A stretch of DNA of 64,000 nucleotides. Origin: Candidatus Woesearchaeota archaeon (lineage in GTDB: Archaea > Nanobdellota > Nanobdellia > Pacearchaeales > GW2011-AR1). The notes under the pieces are model-generated. The model worked only from the letters and a program-made list of their open reading frames with translations. It searched no databases and was not told the DNA's origin. Where the stretch lies: NCBI GenBank assembly GCA_964545065.1, contig CAZJEO010000002.1:132879-196878 (forward strand), written 5' to 3'. The translations under genes were made by a program, and so were the position numbers. Positions 18,889 through 28,700 of this stretch are shown piece by piece; within the stretch, counting starts at the first letter, position 1, and each line of letters begins with the position of its first letter.

Positions 18889-19722
18889 ATGAATATAATT
18901 TTAACAGGGCATAAAGGGCTCATCGGGAGTTTTTTAAAAAAAGAGCTTGAAAAAAATATGCATAAGATTCAGGGGGTGGATATTAGAGAGGGTACAAGCA
19001 CTTCAGATATGCATAATCTCAATTTTGATGATCGAGTGGATTTAATGGTTCATGCTGCTGCACATTGTAAAATAAATCAAGCTATAGAAAATCCGGAACT
19101 ATCTCATAAAAATAATGTTGAAGGCTCTTTCAGGGTTTTAGAATTCTGCAGGAAAAAAGATATTCCAAGGATTGTGTTTTTTTCATCTTCACGAATTCTC
19201 AGTAAGGAAAAGAATCCTTACACAGCTTCTAAAATATATGGGGAAGAACTATGCAAGGCATATCAACATTCATATGGGATAGATTATGCAATTATAAGGC
19301 CCTCTACTGTTTATGGTGGATTTTGGGATGAAACAAAAAGATTGATGCACTTGTTTATCACAAATGCTTTGCAGGGAAAGGACTTAGATATTTATGGGGA
19401 TCCCAAGACAAAAACCCTTGATTTTACTTATATTGATGATTTTACAAGGGGAGTTGTTCTGGCAATGGACCATCCTCAATGGAATAAAGCATATAATATT
19501 AGTGGAAAAGGCGAAGCTAATATTTGTGAGTTAGCTAATTTTATTATTCAAGAGACTAAAAGCCAGAGTAAGGTAAAAGTTTTTGATGCTGAAGTTGCTC
19601 AACCCCAGCAAGTTAAATTAGATAATTCGGATATAGAAAAATTAGGATATGCTCCTGAAGTTGATTTGAAGGAGGGTGTGAGAAGAACAATAGATTGGTA
19701 TAGAAAGTATATGAAAGTTTGA
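18889..19722 (+). CDS. NAD-dependent sugar epimerase/dehydratase (short SDR)
   Basis: ILTGHKGLIGSFL (GxxGxxG) and the catalytic YTASKIYGE (YxxxK). Confidence 0.75.
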   Translation: MNIILTGHKGLIGSFLKKELEKNMHKIQGVDIREGTSTSDMHNLNFDDRVDLMVHAAAHCKINQAIENPELSHKNNVEGSFRVLEFCRKKDIPRIVFFSSSRILSKEKNPYTASKIYGEELCKAYQHSYGIDYAIIRPSTVYGGFWDETKRLMHLFITNALQGKDLDIYGDPKTKTLDFTYIDDFTRGVVLAMDHPQWNKAYNISGKGEANICELANFIIQETKSQSKVKVFDAEVAQPQQVKLDNSDIEKLGYAPEVDLKEGVRRTIDWYRKYMKV

Positions 19723-20583
19723 TTATTTTTTATTTATCTCATTAAGATCTTTTTGTGTATGAATATGAATTTCCCTTTCTGGAAGAACATAACCATTTAA
19801 CATTTGTTTTTTAGCTAATTTTGGGAAGATATTATCTTCTAAACTAATTCCAGAATAATTAAAAATCTCAGGCTCACAAACAAAAATAGGAGAAAATACG
19901 AGATAACTATCTTTTTTCTTTGGTTTTTGTCTGAATTCAATTATCTTTTTCCCCCTTAGATAAACTTGCCCTTTTTTAGTAGGATCTTTATAAGTTACTA
20001 AGGAAAGTGTGGAAATAGCTTCATTTGTAATATGGAAGTTCCATAAATCGTCTAGATTAATATTATCAAAATATAAATCCCCAAAAATAACTAAAAAACT
20101 AGTAGATAGTTCTTTTCTTGCTAATTTTAATATTGCGGCACTTCCTGTTAAAAAAGTGCTAGGCAAATGCTCTTTTTTTGATTTTTCTGAAACAGTTTTG
20201 TAGATTGATTCATCTTCTTCAATATATTTTATCTTAACACCATAATGTGATCCTGTTTTTAAAAGAGAAAATATGCCCTCAAGAGTTCTTTTTCTTGCTA
20301 TAATATATATTTCCCTAAAATTATGTTTTCTTAATTTTTTAACAGCTCTTTCAATCAAGGGGATTCCTTTAATTTTAACAAAAGGGATTTCTTTTCCCTC
20401 TTCTAATTTAAACCTCTTATATGAACCTCCCAGTAAAATAACCGCAGGTTTATTCTCTGAGAGAGAATTTTTCAATAAAACTTCTATTGCCTGAGACCTA
20501 TTTCTTATAAACAATCTATCTACTATTGAATCTACATTTTTGATTACTTGCTTGCTTAATGTTATTGATATCTTTTCCTTCAT
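19723..20583 (-). CDS. Sugar-phosphate nucleotidyltransferase with an N-terminal ribbon-helix-helix-like domain
   Basis: The N-terminus ISITLSKQVIKNVDSIVDRLFIRNRSQAIEVLL is CopG-like. It is followed by VILLGGSYKRF...KIKGIPLIERAV, an NTP_transferase signature. Confidence 0.6.
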   Translation of the reverse strand: MKEKISITLSKQVIKNVDSIVDRLFIRNRSQAIEVLLKNSLSENKPAVILLGGSYKRFKLEEGKEIPFVKIKGIPLIERAVKKLRKHNFREIYIIARKRTLEGIFSLLKTGSHYGVKIKYIEEDESIYKTVSEKSKKEHLPSTFLTGSAAILKLARKELSTSFLVIFGDLYFDNINLDDLWNFHITNEAISTLSLVTYKDPTKKGQVYLRGKKIIEFRQKPKKKDSYLVFSPIFVCEPEIFNYSGISLEDNIFPKLAKKQMLNGYVLPEREIHIHTQKDLNEINKK

Positions 20584-20671
20584 AGAGAATGCAAAACTAC
20601 ACTATTTTTAAATATGTCGGAAAAAGTAGGATAAAGGTAGGACATTTAAGGGATTGATAAATCTATAAAAT

Positions 20672-21466
20672 ATGGAAAAATCAAAATACGGTAAAGAATT
20701 AGGATATTTATGGACCGGGAATTTGGGCAATGAAGAAGTGACCCAAAAAATTATTCCTTCCACTTTGGAAATAAGCTTGGGAGAACAAGTTCAAATTAAA
20801 GAGGCTTTTAAGGAAGCTAAAGAAAAAAACCCTATCTTTTTTGATGGGGAGTTATGGAGATTTGAAGGACACAATAAGGTTAGGGGAGGAGTTGAGTTTT
20901 TATTAAGTAAAACAAATTATATGCCCCATAATATCTTAAGACATAAAACATTTTCAGTAAATTATGAAAATGGGAGATTTAATTCTCATTATCCTAATCC
21001 CCATAGTATAAATGCATTACAAAGAACCTCTGATGGATATTTCCTGATTGGTGTTAAGGGAAAAGTTTCTGATCAAGAAGCGAAGTTGGGTGTAATGGGT
21101 GCTGGATTTGTTAAAAGAAAAAAAGATCTTCCTCCTAAAACTGTTTTTTCTACAACATTAGATGAATGTAATGAAGAAACAGCTTATGCTAATAAAACTG
21201 CTCCAACTGAAACTGATATAGAATCCTTTAGAACTTTAGGTGCTATTTTTGGGGATAATCATGATACAACAATTGGTGTTTATGTTCCTTTAGATGCTGA
21301 AAAATCAGAAGTTGACATAGGAAATCAAGAGCATAGTGATTTATTATTTCTAAAAGATGACCCTAAAAGATTGGAGGAATTTTTAATTGAAGGAGGAATG
21401 GAGGGAATTCCTGCTGTAGACCATTTAATTGGCTGTGTTGAATTATATTTAAGGAATAAGTTCTGA
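20672..21466 (+). CDS. Hypothetical protein, possibly a degenerate Nudix-like fold
   Basis: Only a weak pattern (GVMGAGFV...TLDECNEETAY). No confident family assignment. Confidence 0.3.
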   Translation: MEKSKYGKELGYLWTGNLGNEEVTQKIIPSTLEISLGEQVQIKEAFKEAKEKNPIFFDGELWRFEGHNKVRGGVEFLLSKTNYMPHNILRHKTFSVNYENGRFNSHYPNPHSINALQRTSDGYFLIGVKGKVSDQEAKLGVMGAGFVKRKKDLPPKTVFSTTLDECNEETAYANKTAPTETDIESFRTLGAIFGDNHDTTIGVYVPLDAEKSEVDIGNQEHSDLLFLKDDPKRLEEFLIEGGMEGIPAVDHLIGCVELYLRNKF

Positions 21467-21468
21467 GT

Positions 21469-22332
21469 TTATAATTCAGAAAAGTCTTCTGAAGTTGCGC
21501 CATCAATGTTTAACCAGTCTTTATCTTTTCTTACTCTTTCATTTAATCTCCAGATTTCTTCAAGTAAATATGGCCGATACATATTTTCTCTTGCCAAATA
21601 AATTAAAGCGTTTAAATCCTTAGGGAAACATTTTCCACCAAACCCAAGATCTCCATCATGTCCTGGAACATCAATATTTTTTCCTATTCTTTCATCTAAT
21701 AAAATTGCTTTTTTTACTGTGTCATAATCTACTCCAACTGTTTTGCATATCTGATAAATCTCATTTGCAAGAGCTATCTGCCCTGTTAAAATTACATTTG
21801 CTGAATACTTTATCATTTCTGCGGTTTTTATGTCTAGATGTATGTAATTAGCATTTGGAAAAAGAGGTTTATAGACCTCTTCTACTTTTCTGTAATCTTC
21901 TATAGTATTTACCCCAATAACAATCCTATTTGTGTTCCTCATATCTTCTACTGCATGTTTTTCTCTTAAAAATTCTGGATTAAATGCAAAATGAAATGGA
22001 TATTGTCTTGCAAACTTATCTGTTGAACCAGAAACAGCAGTTGAGCGTATCACCACAATTATATCTTCTGGATTTTTTGTTTTTTCTCTTACTTTCCTAT
22101 TCAATAAATCTAATGAATGGTAAATAGCAGAATAATCCATCTCTCCGCTGGGTTTCATGGGTGTTGGCACGCAAATAAAAACAACTTCTGAATTTTCAGC
22201 TAATCTATTTATGTGCTCTTCAGAGTTGTATGGTTCTTTATATCTATCATAAGGAAAAATTTCATGTACTTGTTCAAAAATTTCTTTTGTGGCTCCTCCA
22301 ACCATCCCTACACCAATTATTCCAATCTTCAT
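21469..22332 (-). CDS. UDP-glucose/GDP-mannose 6-dehydrogenase family protein (short form)
   Basis: N-terminal MKIGIIGVGMVGGA Rossmann motif and the catalytic-Cys motif GFGGKCFPKDL. Confidence 0.7.
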   Translation of the reverse strand: MKIGIIGVGMVGGATKEIFEQVHEIFPYDRYKEPYNSEEHINRLAENSEVVFICVPTPMKPSGEMDYSAIYHSLDLLNRKVREKTKNPEDIIVVIRSTAVSGSTDKFARQYPFHFAFNPEFLREKHAVEDMRNTNRIVIGVNTIEDYRKVEEVYKPLFPNANYIHLDIKTAEMIKYSANVILTGQIALANEIYQICKTVGVDYDTVKKAILLDERIGKNIDVPGHDGDLGFGGKCFPKDLNALIYLARENMYRPYLLEEIWRLNERVRKDKDWLNIDGATSEDFSEL

Positions 22333-22371
22333 TTTAAATTTATGAATAATAGATTTAAAAGTATTTATGCT

Positions 22372-22843
22372 CTAAAATTCCAGGTCGTCTATGAAAGTTA
22401 ATCCTCTCGACCTCAAGAAACAATATATCACAGAGACTTTATTGAAGCTGTTGTAAAAAATTATTTCTACTGCCAGATCTGCAATTAAATGAATTGTGAA
22501 TCCTATTAGGATGAAGTAAAATGCAGGATGCACGAAAGAGCCTAGTGCGAAAAGAATCATCAAGATTTCTATTCCATGAAAAGTCATGGTTCCAAAATAC
22601 ACTTCTTTTTTTTTGCTCTTTTGATAAGGCTCTGTGTTTTTTTACATTCTTTGTAAACCATATGTAAGCTTTGATTGGGTTTAATTTTTTTGTCTTATAG
22701 ATATAATAAAAATAATAGTCGACGTCAATTAAAACAGAAGCGGCAAGGATGATTGCTGCATTTACGATTCCAATGGATGGAAAAATTAAAAGAATTACAA
22801 CTACGAAAACTATTCCTAATAATAAATGACTGTGGGGTAGCAT
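22372..22843 (-). pseudogene. Membrane-bound metal-dependent hydrolase (YdjM/DUF457-like) split by a frameshift in an A9 run
   Basis: ORFs 22439-22843 (MLPHSHLLLGIVFVV...) and 22372-22602 (..YFGTMTFHGIEIL...IHLIADL) join if the plus-strand T9 at 22606-22614 is shortened by one. Confidence 0.5.
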
Positions 22844-22872
22844 ATTAATAATAAAGAAACTTTATTTTTAAA

Positions 22873-23028
22873 TTAATCTTGTTTTTTATTTTCTAAAGAT
22901 TTCAGCATTTTTAGGACTGCTTTATCTACAAAAGACTTTACAGTAGGAAAATCAAACCTATTTTCGCCTTTCTCAATTAATTTTTTTATTCTTTTGCGTA
23001 ATTCATCATCTATTTTTACTTCTGCCAT
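22873..23028 (-). CDS. Small ribbon-helix-helix (CopG-like) protein, 51 aa, not in the ORF track
   Basis: My translation is MAEVKIDDELRKRIKKLIEKGENRFDFPTVKSFVDKAVLKMLKSLENKKQD*. The start overlaps the 3' end of the FG-GAP gene by 23 nt. Confidence 0.45.
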   Translation of the reverse strand: MAEVKIDDELRKRIKKLIEKGENRFDFPTVKSFVDKAVLKMLKSLENKKQD

Positions 23029-25765
23029 GTTTTCTCCTTTTCTTTTTTTTATCTTTTAATTTATTAACTTGTCTTTTTAACAACCAAATATCTTTTTCTT
23101 CCTTCCTCTTAATCCTCCACAAATAAAAGAATATTCCAGCAACGATCAAAACAACTATACTAATAACAATAATTATCCAATAACTTTTGATAACTCTAAA
23201 CTCAGTATGACCAGAAGCCATGACTTCGCCTCCATAACTAACATCAACATTAAAATCATAAACTCCTGATTTTATATTATAAGGAACTGTCAAACTTCTT
23301 ACAAATGAAGCAACAGCCTCAACAGCCAATGTATCACTTCCATCTGCAATTGTATTATTCTCTTTGTCAGTTATATAATATTCAACTAAAACATCAACCT
23401 GCCCAATGTTATTGACATTAAGAACTTCAATCTTTGCAATAACATCTCTTCCTGATTTAACAATACTAAACAAATTTGACAAACTAATCTTAACATCAAA
23501 CAAAGGTTCTTTTCCTAATTCCTCTTCTCCCACAATGTCTGCTCCAGAAAGTTTTGTTAATAACAAATCTGCAACACCATTTATAATAGAGACAAGTTCA
23601 AATTCAATATCATCTATTCCATCTCCATTCATATCAATTTGTTTTGTTTCTCCTAATAAAATTTGTATGGTGATTGGGTCTGAAGCAATTAACAAAGTTA
23701 TTGAATCAGAAGATACTGTAAGGATTGTTATAGAATGTTCAACCTCTCCCTGAAAACTAAAGGTCTTAATGTCTCCTTGCTCAACTTCAAAGGTTCCGCT
23801 ATCTGAAGTAGAAAAGTCAATATCAAATTCTGGTATTGTGGGGGTTACTGGGGGAGTTGTATCGTCACTTGGACCGCTACTTCCAGGACCTCCGCCACCA
23901 GGAGGAGAAGGGGGACTAGCAGAAGTTGTGAATGTGTATTGGATTGAGGTGTTGCAGTTATTCCAATAGTCACAACTTGAGACATTGTAGTAGTAAAGTG
24001 TTGAAGCTGACAATCCACTCAAACCAACAGAATGAGAAATTACCAAGTCATCCAAGCTTGAACTCGAAGTTGTTGCGTTTGTTGTTCCATAATGCACTGT
24101 TGAGTTGGCTGATTCGTTTGTTGTCCATGTTATTGTTGCTGTTGAGGATGTGACACTTGAAGAAACACTTGAAATGTTTGGAGGACTTGTGTCTGCACCA
24201 ATAACAATGCTCTGTCTGTCTGACCAATTTGATTTTCTTAATCCTGTGTCTATTGTTTGGACATACCAGTAGTATGTGTCATCAGCTAAATATTTGTTGA
24301 GGCTTATGTTCTTTCTTTGCATCATGTTTCCGAAGTAACCTGCTGTTGGATTTGATGAGCCTCCATATATCCCAGAAACAATTGTGTGATTATCTGTGGA
24401 GTTCCCAACCATCAAGTTATAATATAATCCCGTAGAGTTTGTTTCGCTATCGCTTCCATTGTTCCATGTAAGATTAAGAACACCATCTAAGTAACTTGAG
24501 GTGAATGTGTTTGGTGGGGAGGATTGTGAGTTGTTTTTTGATCGGGAACGGTTATTTGTATAAACAAAAGCTCTTGATAGAACACTCCCATAACCTATTT
24601 CTATTAAATCTAAATCAGTATCATTATCTAAATCTATCCAAGCTAAAGAACCATATTTAACGTCAAAAATATGTGATTCTGGGTCATAAATACCTCTTGT
24701 GAAATTTGTACCAGAAATGTTATATAAATATAAGATAGTAGCTTCTTCACGCCCATTTGTAATTAAATCTAAATAACCATCATTATCATAATCTCCAAAT
24801 GCTTGTGAACCAGCAAAAACTCCTGCCAGACCTCCATTTACATTATCTTGTAATTTAATAAAAGTTGTACCATTATTTTCATAAATTTCATGTTTATCAC
24901 AACAACCAAATAAAGATAAATCTAAATCTCCATCGTTGTCAAAATCAGCAAAAGCAAGAGAACTGTCTTCCACATTCATTAAATTACTTTGCCACTGAGA
25001 ACTCTCTACAAATGAAGTACCATTATTTAAATAAGCTTTTGTTAATTTATTAGATGAACTATCTCTCCCAGAAATAATTAAATCCAAATCACCATCATTG
25101 TCATAATCTCCAAATGCCTTTGAACTTTTTCTTAGTGTAGCCAAATTACTTTGCCACTGAGAACTTTCAATTAAACTCGTTCCATTATTTAGATATATTT
25201 TACTTATAATAGTGCTTTCTGTTTGTCCACTTAAAGCTAAATCTAAATCTCCATCATTATCTATATCTACAAAAGTTAGTGAACCTGGGCGATAAACTGC
25301 AGTCAAATTACTCTGCCACGTTGAATTCTCAGTCAAAGTTGTTCCATTATTAATATAAATTAAAGTTCTAATTGCTCCATTATCGCAACCATCAACAAAA
25401 CCTGCACCAGAACTACATCCACTCAAAGCCAAATCTAAATCTCCGTCGTTGTCTATATCTCCGATAGCTAAAGAACCATATGCTACATCTGTTAAATTAT
25501 CTTGCCATGTTGAATTTTCGATTAAAGATGTTCCATTATTTATGTAAACTATACTATATTGAGTATTGGCTAACGGGCCACCCTTAGTTAAAATCAGATC
25601 TGTGTATCCATTATTATCTAAATCGCCCCAAGCTAAAGCACTATAAACCCCCCTGCTTATATTTGACCCCCATTGGTCACTTTCGTTAAGATATAATTGA
25701 GTAGCACTAATAAAACTTATTGAAAAAAAAAATATAATAAATACAAACAGAAAAATACAAAGTCT
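23006..25765 (-). CDS. FG-GAP/VCBS-repeat surface protein with an Fn3-like domain, a Pro/Gly linker and a C-terminal TM anchor
   Basis: Repeated FGDYDNDGDLDL / DIDNDGDLDLALSG motifs. C-terminal TM segment IIIVISIVVLIVAGIFFYLW plus a basic tail. The frame stays open upstream of the track start (a TTG inside a repeat) and encodes a signal-like segment RLCIFLFVFIIFFFSISFISATQ. The true start is unresolved. Confidence 0.7.
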   Translation of the reverse strand, partial: RLCIFLFVFIIFFFSISFISATQLYLNESDQWGSNISRGVYSALAWGDLDNNGYTDLILTKGGPLANTQYSIVYINNGTSLIENSTWQDNLTDVAYGSLAIGDIDNDGDLDLALSGCSSGAGFVDGCDNGAIRTLIYINNGTTLTENSTWQSNLTAVYRPGSLTFVDIDNDGDLDLALSGQTESTIISKIYLNNGTSLIESSQWQSNLATLRKSSKAFGDYDNDGDLDLIISGRDSSSNKLTKAYLNNGTSFVESSQWQSNLMNVEDSSLAFADFDNDGDLDLSLFGCCDKHEIYENNGTTFIKLQDNVNGGLAGVFAGSQAFGDYDNDGYLDLITNGREEATILYLYNISGTNFTRGIYDPESHIFDVKYGSLAWIDLDNDTDLDLIEIGYGSVLSRAFVYTNNRSRSKNNSQSSPPNTFTSSYLDGVLNLTWNNGSDSETNSTGLYYNLMVGNSTDNHTIVSGIYGGSSNPTAGYFGNMMQRKNISLNKYLADDTYYWYVQTIDTGLRKSNWSDRQSIVIGADTSPPNISSVSSSVTSSTATITWTTNESANSTVHYGTTNATTSSSSLDDLVISHSVGLSGLSASTLYYYNVSSCDYWNNCNTSIQYTFTTSASPPSPPGGGGPGSSGPSDDTTPPVTPTIPEFDIDFSTSDSGTFEVEQGDIKTFSFQGEVEHSITILTVSSDSITLLIASDPITIQILLGETKQIDMNGDGIDDIEFELVSIINGVADLLLTKLSGADIVGEEELGKEPLFDVKISLSNLFSIVKSGRDVIAKIEVLNVNNIGQVDVLVEYYITDKENNTIADGSDTLAVEAVASFVRSLTVPYNIKSGVYDFNVDVSYGGEVMASGHTEFRVIKSYWIIIVISIVVLIVAGIFFYLWRIKRKEEKDIWLLKRQVNKLKDKKKKRRKHGRSKNR

Positions 25766-25767
25766 AT

Positions 25768-28700
25768 TTACTTTTTTTTTATCTGTAAAATTGTCCTACT
25801 AACTATAAATACAATCAAGATTCCACCAATAATAGCGACAATAAATACTAAACTACCTCCTGACAACAAGTTAGTTCCAATTGCTCCTCCCGTAATCCTT
25901 GCTCCCCCATTTTCTTCACTTGTAATTTCATCTCCTACAGATTCATCTTCGCCATCTTCCCCAGTAACATAAGTATTGTAAACATTTGTTACAGAATCTC
26001 CTCCTGATGAACCACCAGTGTTTGGACTTGAACTAATTAGTTTATTAGTTATTAATTCATCACTAACGCCAATACCTGCATCACCACCTTCTACAATCTC
26101 AATTTGTCCAATGTCTTCTCTGCCATATTGAGTCCATACTCCAAGAGGATCTATTTCAATACTTCGTGTGAAATTATATGTTCCTGCAGGTAAGTTAGGA
26201 CTTAAATCAACTTGGAAATTTACTGTTCCATCATTTGGTCCTAAAATTTCTGCAACCAAAGGCAAGCAATAAGAAGACTCTGCCCTGTTTGTGTCTGTTC
26301 CCTTGTCTTGGCTGTAACATTGAGTTTTATCAACATCTGTAAACCAGAAATACATTCTTATAGGAAGTAATTCATTAACAGGAACTTCTGGTTTGTAAGG
26401 AACATCTATTGTATAATTTATACTTATATTAGAACTACCACTCAGCTCATAACTTAAAACATCTTCCTGAGTTATAACTCCAGTATTTGTTCCTATAATC
26501 CTTTCCCATGTTTGTGTTGTTGTTTGATTAATGTTTTGCAATAAATTCCAACAATCTCCACCATTCCAGCAAGTGTAAAGCCATTCCAACCATGTATGCT
26601 CTTCGACTGTAAGACTAAGTTCTTCTGATAATTGTACAGGAACTGTTTTATCATCATCTGCTGAAAATATTTGTTCTTTAAAATAATAGCCAGCTATAAC
26701 ACTAAAATTACATTCCCAATTTCCAGGAGGAAATCCATAAGGTCCATAAGAATTTACATAATCTCCTAATTGATCAAATTCTGTATAATCACAGCTAATT
26801 GTTACATCATCTAAACTTGCCCCACTAAATGAATCAGTCACATTAAACTCAATCGCCCACAACACACTCAAATTCCCAGAACTCTTCATCAAACCATCAT
26901 CCTCCCCATCATTTGGAGTAACCTGACACATCCATTCATCTCCGCCAGATGTTTCATTTGAAACTATTTTATTATAATTAAGTAAATAATTATTAGTTAT
27001 TTGCTCAAATGTTAATGCTTCTTGATAAATTCTAAACTCATCAATACTTCCATTAAAACCTTGTCCTATAATTAAATCATTATCTTTATATGCTGGTAAA
27101 CTGCTCTCTGTCTTTTGTTTATCAAGTGTATCATTAATATAAAGCTTCAGATTATTATCTCCACTATTATCATAAGTAATAGTAGCAAGATGCCACTGAC
27201 CATCATTTGTTATTGTCGATGTTGAAGTTATATTAGCTTCTGTTTCTGTTGTTTGTTTTGAGTAATTCAATGTTACATTATAAAGTTTTGGAGAATAATT
27301 TGTGTCATTTGTTTCAAAATCAGCTTTAAACTGGAAATATATATTATTTGATAAACTTGAGATATCTACTGATTCTCCAGTTAAATCTTCTATATCCCAA
27401 CTAACTCCTTTATCAGAACAATCATTATTTTCACAACTTCTAACAGATAAAGAAAGATTTGTTATTGCTCCAATACCTTTGTTATAATTATCTAAAATTT
27501 CTGAAGCTGATAAACTTTTATTATAGATTGCGACTTCATCTATTGTGCCGTTGAAGTAAAAATTATCACCATCTGCTCTTCTGCCAATATCTACTTCTAA
27601 TAAAGTAGCTATATCATCAAACCATTCCCCGCTATCTGTATCAGCCTGTGCAACTCCATTAATATATATTTTAGATGTAGTTCCATCTTGTGTGATAGCT
27701 ATATGTGTCCAATCAGAAGTAACATTATTATCAGAACATAATTCTATCACCCATACCCCACCAACTCTTAAATTAAATAAAAATCCACCACCAGCACAGA
27801 CAAATCCAGTTGGATCATAGACTAATTTTCCTCGGTTATTAGAATCTTTATTTACACTAAATATTGTATTCATAGCTGACAAATCCTTTCCTTTTGTCCA
27901 CACAGATATTGTTCCTGTTGAAAAATCATCTAACTTAGATGCAAAATTATCTAAATCAACATAATCACCATCCCCATCAAAATCTAAAGCATTATTAAAT
28001 TTACCTTCTGTTGTCCAACTTGCTCCATAAACTGTTCCATCATTATCATTAGCAGTTTCATCATAAGTAATATTTCCAGAATTTTCATTAAAATGCCACA
28101 AACCAACCATATCTTCTTCTACACTTAGTTCTGCAACTGTCGGAACATCAGCACTCCAAATTATTGAGTTAAATGAAAGCTCTTTCATAGAATCATTAAA
28201 GATTTCACTTTGATAATCTCCACTATAAGAATTATCCAACACAACAGCACTAGTAGTGGTATTGTAATAAGTGGATGTGTAAGTTCCTTTGTTGAGATTA
28301 AACTCTTCTATATCCTGTTGCCAACCAGGAATAAGAGAATATGAAAACTTTAATTTATCATCACCTAAAAATTCTAATTTGTAATTACTAATTGTTGCAT
28401 TTCCTTTATTAAACAATTCTTCTGCCCCTGTTGTTGCTCGCTTAAACCATAACTGCCATGTTTTCTCCTCTGCAAAGTCTAAAGAATTTGAATCTTGGAT
28501 TAGTATGGAATCATCTCCATCAAATTCATATCCATTACCAACTTTTCCAGAAATTAATTGAGGATTTCCACTTTCTGCTCCATCATTATCATATCCAGAA
28601 TAATCATCCGCATTAATTTCAAAAGGTAAATTCAAAGCTAAAAGAGATTGAGAATTCTTATACCAATTATATATATTAAGAACGTTATCTCCATCAACAT

